IMG/VR virus record: IMGVR_UViG_3300021254_000002
DNA: 56,298 nt
Source of the DNA: a virus
Direction: 5' to 3' (one strand)
Shown here: positions 24,683 through 32,097 of the stretch, one piece after another
How the letters are laid out: every line of letters starts with the position of its first letter
Position numbering within the stretch: position 1 is the stretch's first letter
Position numbers and translations under genes: made by a program
Notes under the pieces: generated by a model
The model's database searches: none
Seen by the model: the letters and a program-made list of their open reading frames with translations, nothing else
Told to the model about the DNA's origin: nothing

Positions 24683-25373
24683 TGCTGTTCTGTTTATAGA
24701 TTCGTAACCAGTTGTTGAAGTGACGCTGTGCGTCTTTGAGATCTTGATGACGTTTGAGTCCGTTGCATCTGCACTCTGCTGCGAAAGCGTCGAAGATCTC
24801 TGGAAGCTGATCTGGAAGGATCTTGTGCTTCATGCAGATCTGTTCGATCCAGATTACGCTTGCTTTGAGTTGTTCGATGTCCTTGTCTATGTCATCTTCT
24901 GGATCTCCGTCTTCTGTTGTTCCGTCTCTCACATGCGTGCGCGTAGTAGACGTAGATAATATATTATTCTTTTCTTTCTTATTCTTAGTTGTACTATCTG
25001 TTGTACTATCTGTTGTATCGTTTGTTGTACTATCTGTTGTATCGTCTATCTGATATTTGTCATAGTTTACCACTGATATACAGCTACATACGTGCGATTT
25101 CTGTTGTACTATCTTTCCGTCATTCTGTTGTTCCATTAAGAATCTACGGACTTTTCCGCGTGACCATTTCCAACGTTCTGCAAGTTCATCTTCGCTTCTG
25201 GCTGTCTGTCCGCGTTCAACAGTGATCTTGATGCCACGCTTGAAGAAAGTAGTCTGCTTGATGTTTGCGATCAGAATGAGATCTATGAACGCTTGCATAC
25301 GCGTGAACGGCTCTGCAAAGTACAGCGGATCGTCGAGAATCTGTCTGTGTAGTTTTATCCAACCTTCATTCAT
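24567..25373 (-). CDS. Replication initiator / replisome-organizer-like protein (N-terminal winged HTH)
   Basis: N-terminus MNEGWIKLHRQILDDPLY...ELAERWKWSRGKVRRFL is typical of phage replication initiators. The central region is a DxTT tandem repeat. Confidence 0.65.
   Translation of the reverse strand: MNEGWIKLHRQILDDPLYFAEPFTRMQAFIDLILIANIKQTTFFKRGIKITVERGQTARSEDELAERWKWSRGKVRRFLMEQQNDGKIVQQKSHVCSCISVVNYDKYQIDDTTDSTTNDTTDSTTDSTTKNKKEKNNILSTSTTRTHVRDGTTEDGDPEDDIDKDIEQLKASVIWIEQICMKHKILPDQLPEIFDAFAAECRCNGLKRHQDLKDAQRHFNNWLRIYKQNSNGNNSKSSHQRTSPADNIEAAQRAEIERTARIIAASKK
24989..25052. repeat. Five tandem 12-nt units (TTGTACTATCTG and variants) inside the replication initiator gene
   Basis: Units at 24989, 25001, 25013, 25025 and 25037. 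They encode DDTTDSTTNDTTDSTTDSTT. Confidence 0.85.
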
Positions 25374-26111
25374 TTAGTATGGCATGTTTGAGAGTTCAAC
25401 TTCGATTCCTTTGTCTGCTGCGAAGACGCGCTTTCCAGTCTGTTCTGTTACTTCGCGGATGAAGCGTGCTTCGTTGCTGTTTCCGTCAGACAAGTGAATC
25501 AGAATGATATTGTTCACTTGCGACAGATCGTTGCGCTTCAAGATCTCTTTCGTTGTGTCGATCGACATGTGAGACTCGATGACTCTGTTACGCTGTACGA
25601 GCGTGATGTCCTTACTTGCGAGTCTTCTGTCAAGTATATCGTCTGCGTAGTTAGCTTCGATCATGATCTCCGTCAGTCCGTCGAACTTGTAGTTCATAGT
25701 GACTGTGTCAGTGACGAACAGAAGCTTTCCGAACTCCGAGTGCTTGATCAGATAGCCGACGCAGGGAACGTCATGCGAGACTGGAAAAGCCTGAATGAAG
25801 AAGTTTCCTGCCTTGTAGCACTTTCCAGATACGATCGACTTTGCGAAAGGATGATTGAAGATGCCGTGACTGCTGAACACGTCTTCAAGTGCAAGCGTGA
25901 GCACTCCGTTGTTCACGAACGAAGCGACATACTTCGAATGATCTCCGTGCTGATGCGTGATGACTGCTGCGCTGACTTTCGAGAGATTGAAGTCCAGAGA
26001 CTTCTTCACTGTGCGGAAGTCGATTCCTGCTTCTATGATCAGTGCTTCGCTGTCATTCTGCAAGACGTAGCAGTTTCCTGCGCTGTTAGATCCGAGAATA
26101 TTCAGTTTCAT
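25374..26111 (-). CDS. Metallo-beta-lactamase-fold hydrolase (probable nuclease)
   Basis: HxHxDH motif THQHGDH. Confidence 0.75.
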   Translation of the reverse strand: MKLNILGSNSAGNCYVLQNDSEALIIEAGIDFRTVKKSLDFNLSKVSAAVITHQHGDHSKYVASFVNNGVLTLALEDVFSSHGIFNHPFAKSIVSGKCYKAGNFFIQAFPVSHDVPCVGYLIKHSEFGKLLFVTDTVTMNYKFDGLTEIMIEANYADDILDRRLASKDITLVQRNRVIESHMSIDTTKEILKRNDLSQVNNIILIHLSDGNSNEARFIREVTEQTGKRVFAADKGIEVELSNMPY

Positions 26112-26132
26112 GACATCTTCAATCGTTAATCA

Positions 26133-27035
26133 TTAGTAAGGTGCGTCCGCAGGCGCGTTTTCTGCTGTCTCTGGCGCGTTTTCTTCCTGCTTGCTTGCAG
26201 TTGTTCCAGTCTGCGATTTTGGTGCTTCTGGTGCGCCCGCTTTGACTTCCTCGTAGTCAGCTTGCTCGATGAACTGCTGCTGATCGCCCTGCGTGACTTG
26301 TGCGTTGCGAGTCTCGACGGAAGGATCTCCGTCCATTTCGTCGCGCTTTCCTTCGTAGAGCCAAGCGTCATCTGAACTGTTGATGATCATCTTACAAGCA
26401 CGTCCGATGACAGTCTTCTTGCACATTTCGTCAGTGAAGTTCTGATGTGCAGGACTGTTGCCCTTAGTTGCACCCTGCGCCCATGCTTTCTTGATCTGAT
26501 CCAGAGTCATGATCTCCAGACTCGTAGTTCCGTCAGAGTGCTGTGCGATGCAGTAAGCTGCTTTGATCTTCGCGCTGTTGATGTTCTCGATCTTCTGTTC
26601 ATGCTTGACGATAGACTTCAATCCAGTTGCAGGATCGATCGTGTAGACGAATTCGTCTCCTTCGTAGATAATGTTCGCTACTGGCTCTTTCTTGATCTCG
26701 CCAGTACGCTTTGCGAGTGCTACTGTTCCGAAATAGCTGCGCTGAAAAGAAAGCTGATTGCCATAGACTAAGAAGTAGCCCTGCTTCTTGTGGACTGACA
26801 GTCCTTGAAGCACCATGTCAAGAAGTGAGTTCGCGATAGACTCCTTCGTGCAGACTTCGAGAGCCTTGTGATGATTCTTGTCCTCTGTTTCCTGCAAGAC
26901 AAGCCAAGCGGCTTTCATTGCGTTGTCTACTGCGTAGTTTGCAGGAAGCTGCAAGCCTACTTCTTGAAATGACTTGATCTTCGCCAGTACTTGATCGCTG
27001 ACGTTCTCGTACTTTACAATTTGATTTGCTGCCAT
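26133..27035 (-). CDS. recT: RecT-family single-strand annealing protein
   Basis: RecT-like core (ESIANSLLDMVLQGL...YFLVYGNQLSFQRSYFG...KKTVIGRACK). Start trimmed to MAANQ to avoid overlap. Confidence 0.75.
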   Translation of the reverse strand: MAANQIVKYENVSDQVLAKIKSFQEVGLQLPANYAVDNAMKAAWLVLQETEDKNHHKALEVCTKESIANSLLDMVLQGLSVHKKQGYFLVYGNQLSFQRSYFGTVALAKRTGEIKKEPVANIIYEGDEFVYTIDPATGLKSIVKHEQKIENINSAKIKAAYCIAQHSDGTTSLEIMTLDQIKKAWAQGATKGNSPAHQNFTDEMCKKTVIGRACKMIINSSDDAWLYEGKRDEMDGDPSVETRNAQVTQGDQQQFIEQADYEEVKAGAPEAPKSQTGTTASKQEENAPETAENAPADAPY

Positions 27036-27054
27036 AATTGTTAAAAAAATAAAA

Positions 27055-27405
27055 TTATAATACAATTGTTTTTTCTGCTTTAATATTCCAACCTCTACGT
27101 TGTAATTCGTTTTTTAATTCGATGTCTGTCACTTGATCTTTCAGCAGAACTGCTTTCGTTTCTTTTAGAATCTTATTTATATTTAATCCGTCTTTAATAT
27201 GCATAATCAGACTATATACACATTCAAACTGATTTGGTTTTATTCCAGATTCGAGAACTCGAATCAGATGATCTTCGTTCTCTTCACATAATATTCCGTA
27301 AAAGAATGCTTCAACTTCCGATTCTGCATTGTCTGATGATGTAAGACAAGCATATTTGCAGTTTGCGATAAGATCAGTTAGATCTTTCTTTACGTTTTTT
27401 GACAT
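27055..27405 (-). CDS. Hypothetical protein, 116 aa
   Basis: ORF in the operon. Confidence 0.5.
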   Translation of the reverse strand: MSKNVKKDLTDLIANCKYACLTSSDNAESEVEAFFYGILCEENEDHLIRVLESGIKPNQFECVYSLIMHIKDGLNINKILKETKAVLLKDQVTDIELKNELQRRGWNIKAEKTIVL

Positions 27406-27406
27406 A

Positions 27407-29362
27407 TCACACTTTTGTTAGGAATGTATAGTTGCTGTCCTTGAACAGATTCACGATCTGACTCTGTGTCTGGATCAGTTTTGTGACGCTCTCTCTGTTG
27501 TCTACGAAGATAGGTGCATAGACATCGTATGACTTGCAGATCGCGTTGATAACGTCGATTCCTGCGTTCACGCGTGCTGCTGTGTTGACGTTCGTAGAGT
27601 AGGGAACTCCGTCGATCAGTGCTTCACATGTCTCGCGCTCGCCACCGTTGATCTGCTGTTCGTACATCTTGAACTTCACGAAGCTGAACATGCTGTTGAT
27701 GCTTTCCTCGACTTCGCTGATCAGACACTTCTTGAACTGTGTGATCTGGAACTGGACTCCTTCGAGCGATGCGATTTCGTCGTTCTGGATCTTGAACTGC
27801 TTTTCAAGTTCCTCGATGCGCTTCTGATTGTTCTCGATGATCTGCTTGTTATTCAAGCGGACGCGAAGATCGTTGATGTCACGCTGCAAGTCTGCGATCT
27901 GCTGCTTGTGCTGTGTCTGATCCGCAGGCTGAATGATGTTCTTTTCGATGTCATCTTTCAGAACGTCGATTTCCTTCTGGATCATAAGCAGATCTGCATC
28001 GTTCACTACGTCGCTTGTGTCTGGCTGCGTCAGTACTGCGTTCAGCAACGGATCAGCTTCGATGTTCTTGATCTCCGACTTGTACTGATCGATCATCTGC
28101 TGAAGCTTCGCGCTGTCTGCTGCAAGACTCTCGCGCTGTGACTTGATAGCGAGTCCGTTCTTAGTGTTAGTTTCCAGAAGACGCGCTGTCTCTGCGTTGA
28201 ACTTAGCTGTCATGTCCGCTTTCTTAGCTTCGATGTCAGACGCTTCAAGCTTTCTTCCGCAAGTAGGACATACAAACTGCTGATCGTTATCGTTGAACTC
28301 GATGTGACGCGCTGTGATCTGCTTGCGATCTGCAAGAAGCTGTTCACGCTTCTGCGAGAGTTCGAGATCCTGCTTGTTGTTCGAGTCGATGCGATCCTGC
28401 GCGATCTTGATGTTGCGCTCGTTGAACTCCTTGTCACTGCGAAGCTTCTGCTGACGCGTGCTGTCATCGTAGAACTTCTTGCTGCGTGCGCTGACAAGTT
28501 CCTGCTTCTTCTGTGAGTACTTGACTTCCAGATCAGCTTTCTTCTGGATCTTGTCTTTCTGGACTTTCACTGCATTGTTGTACGCTTCGAGTTCGCTGTG
28601 CATAGACTTCTCGATCTTCTCGATCTGCGCGTTCTTGTCGCTGATCTCTGCTTCGAGAGCATTCCAGTCTTCAACTTGTGGAACGTCACGCTTGCGTTCG
28701 TCGATACGATCTGGAATAGACTCGCACTCTGCCTTGATGCGCTTGATCTTCGCTCCGATCTCGCGTCCGTATTCCTCTGTTGTCTTGCCAGTCATATCGC
28801 TGACAAGCTTCTGGAACTCTGGATGACGCGATACAAGATCTTCGTTTGTGATCTCGCCTGCAAGATTGATAAGGAAGTTACGCTGATTCTCCTTCTTCAT
28901 CGTGAAGAAATAAGCAGGATTCGTGATCAGACGGAATGTGTCTTCGTCGCAGATCTCCGAGATCTTCTGCTTGTACTCTGCCTGCTTGACTGGAACGTCA
29001 TTCCAGAAGCATTCTGTCTCATGACCAGAGAATTCTTCTTCTGCCTTTCCGCGAGGCTTCTTCCAGATTTCCTTGAATGACTTGCGAAGACTGATCTCCG
29101 TTCCGTCTACGTCAAGAACTGCGCTGACTTCGTGAGGAAGCTTCTCGATGACGTTGTTGTCAGAATCCAGAGTCTTGATCTGGAAGTCGCTGCGACCCAT
29201 GCTGTCTTTTCCGTAGAGAAGCCAAGAGAATGCGTCGTTGAGCGTTGTCTTGCCAGTTCCGTTCTCTCCGCGAAACTCCGTGATGTCTGCGTTGAAGTCC
29301 GCTGTGAAGTCTCTGACTCCTTTGAAGTTCAGAAGACTGATTGATTTGATGATTACTCTCAT
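27407..29362 (-). CDS. Rad50/SbcC-like SMC-family ATPase
   Basis: N-terminal Walker A GENGTGKTT, a long coiled coil with a CPTCGR zinc-hook-like motif, and a C-terminal Walker B-like region. Confidence 0.75.
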   Translation of the reverse strand: MRVIIKSISLLNFKGVRDFTADFNADITEFRGENGTGKTTLNDAFSWLLYGKDSMGRSDFQIKTLDSDNNVIEKLPHEVSAVLDVDGTEISLRKSFKEIWKKPRGKAEEEFSGHETECFWNDVPVKQAEYKQKISEICDEDTFRLITNPAYFFTMKKENQRNFLINLAGEITNEDLVSRHPEFQKLVSDMTGKTTEEYGREIGAKIKRIKAECESIPDRIDERKRDVPQVEDWNALEAEISDKNAQIEKIEKSMHSELEAYNNAVKVQKDKIQKKADLEVKYSQKKQELVSARSKKFYDDSTRQQKLRSDKEFNERNIKIAQDRIDSNNKQDLELSQKREQLLADRKQITARHIEFNDNDQQFVCPTCGRKLEASDIEAKKADMTAKFNAETARLLETNTKNGLAIKSQRESLAADSAKLQQMIDQYKSEIKNIEADPLLNAVLTQPDTSDVVNDADLLMIQKEIDVLKDDIEKNIIQPADQTQHKQQIADLQRDINDLRVRLNNKQIIENNQKRIEELEKQFKIQNDEIASLEGVQFQITQFKKCLISEVEESINSMFSFVKFKMYEQQINGGERETCEALIDGVPYSTNVNTAARVNAGIDVINAICKSYDVYAPIFVDNRESVTKLIQTQSQIVNLFKDSNYTFLTKV

Positions 29363-29372
29363 AAAAGATGAA

Positions 29373-29663
29373 TTAAAAATTAGAATGATGATTTACTGTG
29401 TGAAGCGATGCGATCGAATCGATCTCCGCTTGTGTGCTCTGTCTGTTCTGCAACAGCCAGTCGTTGATCTCCGACTTCTTGAAGCATACTGTGTGCGCGT
29501 TCGGCTTGTAGCAGGGGATCTGACGCTTGTTGACAAGATTGTAGATCGTCTGTGCTTTCTTGCCAGTCAGAAGACATACATCTGCAACGTTGAGCACTTC
29601 TTTCGCTGCGATCAGCGTCAACTGCTGAATCTGATCCAGACGCTTGATGATTTCTTCGTTCAT
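29373..29663 (-). CDS. Excisionase-like HTH DNA-binding protein
   Basis: 96 aa, with LLTGKKAQTIYNLVNKRQIPCYK...FKKSEINDWL typical of the Xis/AlpA-like HTH. Confidence 0.55.
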   Translation of the reverse strand: MNEEIIKRLDQIQQLTLIAAKEVLNVADVCLLTGKKAQTIYNLVNKRQIPCYKPNAHTVCFKKSEINDWLLQNRQSTQAEIDSIASLHTVNHHSNF

Positions 29664-29845
29664 ATTTCTTCAAGCGGATTTTCTGGATTGACATCGTCTG
29701 CGTGTGCAAGAACACGTCCTGCAACAAAGAACATGATTCCGAAGCAAACGTTGTGCGCTGTTCCAGTCGAGAGTCCTACGACGATCGAAACGACTCCGAG
29801 AATGACTGCTACTGTGAATAATACTGGATGACTCATTGTCTTCAT
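29660..29845 (-). CDS. Small membrane protein, 61 aa
   Basis: Two hydrophobic helices. Preceded by TCAAAGCAAT-N6-ATG. Confidence 0.5.
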   Translation of the reverse strand: MKTMSHPVLFTVAVILGVVSIVVGLSTGTAHNVCFGIMFFVAGRVLAHADDVNPENPLEEI

Positions 29846-29866
29846 GTTTTAATTGCTTTGAGACGC

Positions 29867-30124
29867 TTAAATAGTGAAAAGTGAATTGATGTCCTCTGGT
29901 GTTACATCTTCACGTCCGAGTAGAACTTGCGCGATAGGTTTCTTTGCAAGTGGTTCAATCGGCTGCGCTTGTGCGAGCCACATTCGTACTGTGTGTTCAG
30001 AACGCTGTGCTGCTTCCGAGACCTTCCGAACGAACTCTTTCGCTTCCGTTGGAGGGGGCGGGCAAGCTTTTGCTTCTGCGTACATCTGCCAGAAATTAGG
30101 CTTCTTTTCTGCACTTTTTTTCAT
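29867..30124 (-). CDS. Cro-like first gene of the leftward (lytic) operon
   Basis: ORF trimmed to MKKSAEKK. Divergent from the repressor gene, with a promoter upstream. Confidence 0.5.
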   Translation of the reverse strand: MKKSAEKKPNFWQMYAEAKACPPPPTEAKEFVRKVSEAAQRSEHTVRMWLAQAQPIEPLAKKPIAQVLLGREDVTPEDINSLFTI

Positions 30125-30129
30125 TTTTA

Positions 30130-30161
30130 CTTGTTTTTGTTTTGAATTATTTGTAATTTTG
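30130..30161 (+). promoter_or_regulatory. Candidate rightward promoter for the repressor operon
   Basis: TAATTTTG at 30154-30161, with only a partial -33 element (CTTG at 30130-30133, 20-nt spacer). Confidence 0.4.
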
Positions 30162-30184
30162 TGACGTAAATAAATCGTTTTCAC

Positions 30185-30245
30185 GGTGCAAAGATAGAAG
30201 ATATTCTGTAAACACCAAAATAAATCACAGAAAATCTTCTGCACC
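30185..30245. promoter_or_regulatory. Imperfect 61-bp palindrome (candidate operator) overlapping the leftward promoter
   Basis: Nested inverted repeats: GGTGCA/TGCACC (30185-30190 and 30240-30245), AGAAGAT/ATCTTCT (30196-30202 and 30234-30240), TTCTGT/ACAGAA (30204-30209 and 30227-30232). Confidence 0.55.
30189..30219 (-). promoter_or_regulatory. Leftward Bacteroidota-type promoter for the Cro-like/early operon
   Basis: On the minus strand: TTTG (30219-30216), 19-nt spacer, TATCTTTG (30196-30189). Confidence 0.6.
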
Positions 30246-30283
30246 TTAACAATTTTTAATAATTAAGAGTAAAAAGAAGCAAT

Positions 30284-30637
30284 ATGGACGAATCAGTTAA
30301 AGGAAGAATTCTCGCATTCATTAAGTACAAAGGACTCTCGCAGGGAAAGTTCGAAAGTACATGCGGGATCAGTAACGGCTACATCAACAACTTGAAGTCT
30401 TCTCCGACTGTTCCAGTCTTACAGAAGATAATCAGTGCGTTTCCAGACGTGAATCTTGAATGGCTTGTGTCTGGAATTGGAGAAATGACGAAATCGGACT
30501 CTCCGACAGCAGGAAGATCGGAAGTCGATGTCAACAGATTCATTTCTCTACTCGAAAAGAAAGACGAACAAATGGATCGTCTTATCTCTCTGCTTGAAAA
30601 AGAAAAAGAAGATCGGATCGATCAAGTTGCAGGATAA
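30284..30637 (+). CDS. CI-like HTH repressor
   Basis: XRE-type HTH (KGLSQGKFESTCGISNGYINNLK) and an LEWLVSGIGEM tail typical of Bacteroidota phage repressors. Confidence 0.7.
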   Translation: MDESVKGRILAFIKYKGLSQGKFESTCGISNGYINNLKSSPTVPVLQKIISAFPDVNLEWLVSGIGEMTKSDSPTAGRSEVDVNRFISLLEKKDEQMDRLISLLEKEKEDRIDQVAG

Positions 30638-30664
30638 TTCAGTTGCACCCTAAAATAAGATAGT

Positions 30665-30859
30665 ATGAACGAAGCATTGAATTTATATCGCAGAGTCGTT
30701 GACTGTCTGACAAGCGGACAGCAGATCGACAAGCAGGAACTCGCAGGAACGAATCTCGCGCTCGCCACAGCGTTAGATCGTGCGAAAGTGTATAATCTTC
30801 CGACAGACGATCTGGAAGCTGCCAGAGACGCTGTCTTGCATCTGTATGAAGTGTTATGA
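30665..30859 (+). CDS. Hypothetical protein, 64 aa
   Basis: ORF in the repressor operon. Its stop overlaps the next start. Confidence 0.5.
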   Translation: MNEALNLYRRVVDCLTSGQQIDKQELAGTNLALATALDRAKVYNLPTDDLEAARDAVLHLYEVL

Positions 30860-31125
30860 GTAGGACGCGCAAATATCATCAGCAGACGATCGACACGATC
30901 TCGCGCTTCTATGAAGTATTCGATGATCTGCTACAATCGAAGAAGATCAAGTCGATCAATTCGTTCTGCGATCAGTATCAGATCGACAAGCGGAACTTGT
31001 ACGCACAGCGTGAAGATCTGAATCGCGGCTACTTCGAAGTCTTCTGGATCTCCGTCTTGATCCAGAACTACAAAGTCTCTGCAAAGTATCTTCTGTTTGG
31101 CAAAGGAAAGATGTATTCAGCTTGA
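30856..31125 (+). CDS. Second HTH-type regulator, 89 aa
   Basis: C-terminal KYLLFGKGKMY tail, parallel to the repressor's WLVSGIGEM. Confidence 0.5.
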   Translation: MSRTRKYHQQTIDTISRFYEVFDDLLQSKKIKSINSFCDQYQIDKRNLYAQREDLNRGYFEVFWISVLIQNYKVSAKYLLFGKGKMYSA

Positions 31126-31131
31126 TAGCGT

Positions 31132-31596
31132 ATGGAAGAAGTGAAATGCCCGAAGTGCGGATCTACACAGATCAGCGCAAACAAGAAAGGATTCAATACT
31201 GGACGCGCCATAGCAGGCGGTCTTCTGACTGGCAACATCTGGGTAGCTGCTGCGTCTGGTGGAATCGGAATGAACGAACTGCGTCTGACGTGTCTCTCAT
31301 GCGGTCACGTCTGGAAGATCGGACGGAATCAGCCGACAGCGAAGGAACATGAGGAATTCGAAAGAAGACACCCAAGAACGGACATTCCGCGAAGTGCTCT
31401 ATACAAGTGTCCGTGCGGTTGGCAGGGAACACAGCAGTACGGACGTGCTTTCTGTGAAAGATGCAACAGACAGCTAACAGACGAAGACATCGTGAGTGAC
31501 TTTCACGCTTTCGAGAAAAAGTCTGCAAGCAGTTCTGGCTGCTTCACAGTCCTGCTGATCATTCCTTTGCTGATCATTCTCGCGATCCTGCTTTGA
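31132..31596 (+). CDS. Zinc-ribbon protein with a C-terminal membrane anchor, 154 aa
   Basis: CPKCG...CLSCG and CPCG...CERC pairs, plus a C-terminal hydrophobic helix CFTVLLIIPLLIILAILL. Confidence 0.6.
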   Translation: MEEVKCPKCGSTQISANKKGFNTGRAIAGGLLTGNIWVAAASGGIGMNELRLTCLSCGHVWKIGRNQPTAKEHEEFERRHPRTDIPRSALYKCPCGWQGTQQYGRAFCERCNRQLTDEDIVSDFHAFEKKSASSSGCFTVLLIIPLLIILAILL

Positions 31597-31618
31597 TCCC
31601 GAAACAGATTTCGTGAGC

Positions 31619-31654
31619 AAAAAAAAATAAGCGATGCTTCACAGCGTCGCTTAT
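31619..31654. terminator. Hairpin terminator flanked by an A-run and a weak T-rich tract (strongest for minus-strand transcripts coming from int)
   Basis: Stem ATAAGCGA/TCGCTTAT (31627-31634 and 31647-31654). The A8-9 run on the plus strand gives a T-run after the hairpin on the minus strand. Confidence 0.65.
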
Positions 31655-31839
31655 TCCGTAATTCATCTTTTAAGAGTTCTTTGCTTTTTAGCGTTGTGAG
31701 AGAACTGCGTTTCGCCAAACGTTGTTCAAAACAAACTACTAACCTTTTGCTAACTTTTTACTAACTTAATTTATTAATCGTGTGCAAATATAGCAATAAT
31801 TTCTGAAAGTCAGTGCTTATCAGACACTATTTTTATATG

Positions 31840-32082
31840 TTTTGACGAATAAGATCAGTTAAAAAGGGTAGTTTTTGACGCTGAAAGCCTTGTTTTTGTA
31901 GGATTCTCACGAATTTTGACGCAAAAATCGTCAAAAAAGTCAATTTGACTCGAAGTTTTGACGCAAATTGACTTCTGGAAGTCAAAAGTCCAGTCATTTT
32001 TGACGGAAAATGACTGATCCGTCAAAAAATGACTGTCAAAATAGACGCTGTTCCGTCAAAACGTCCAGAAAGTAAGTCAAAA
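31840..32082. repeat. Array of TTTTGAC(G) heptamer/octamer repeats in both orientations (candidate attP arm sites or regulator-binding array)
   Basis: TTTTGACG at 31840, 31873, 31914, 31956 and 31998. GTCAAAA at 31930, 31981, 32021, 32035, 32055 and 32076. Palindromes GTCAATTTGAC (31939-31949) and TTGACTTCTGGAAGTCAA (31968-31985). Confidence 0.85.
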
Positions 32083-32097
32083 TGATCTTCTGATCGT

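Noticed and set aside
24989-25052. Short tandem repeats (and the collagen repeat at 37031-37237) considered as a CRISPR array
   Set aside because: The units are 9-12 nt long, contiguous without spacers, and in frame inside coding sequences. No cas genes are present.
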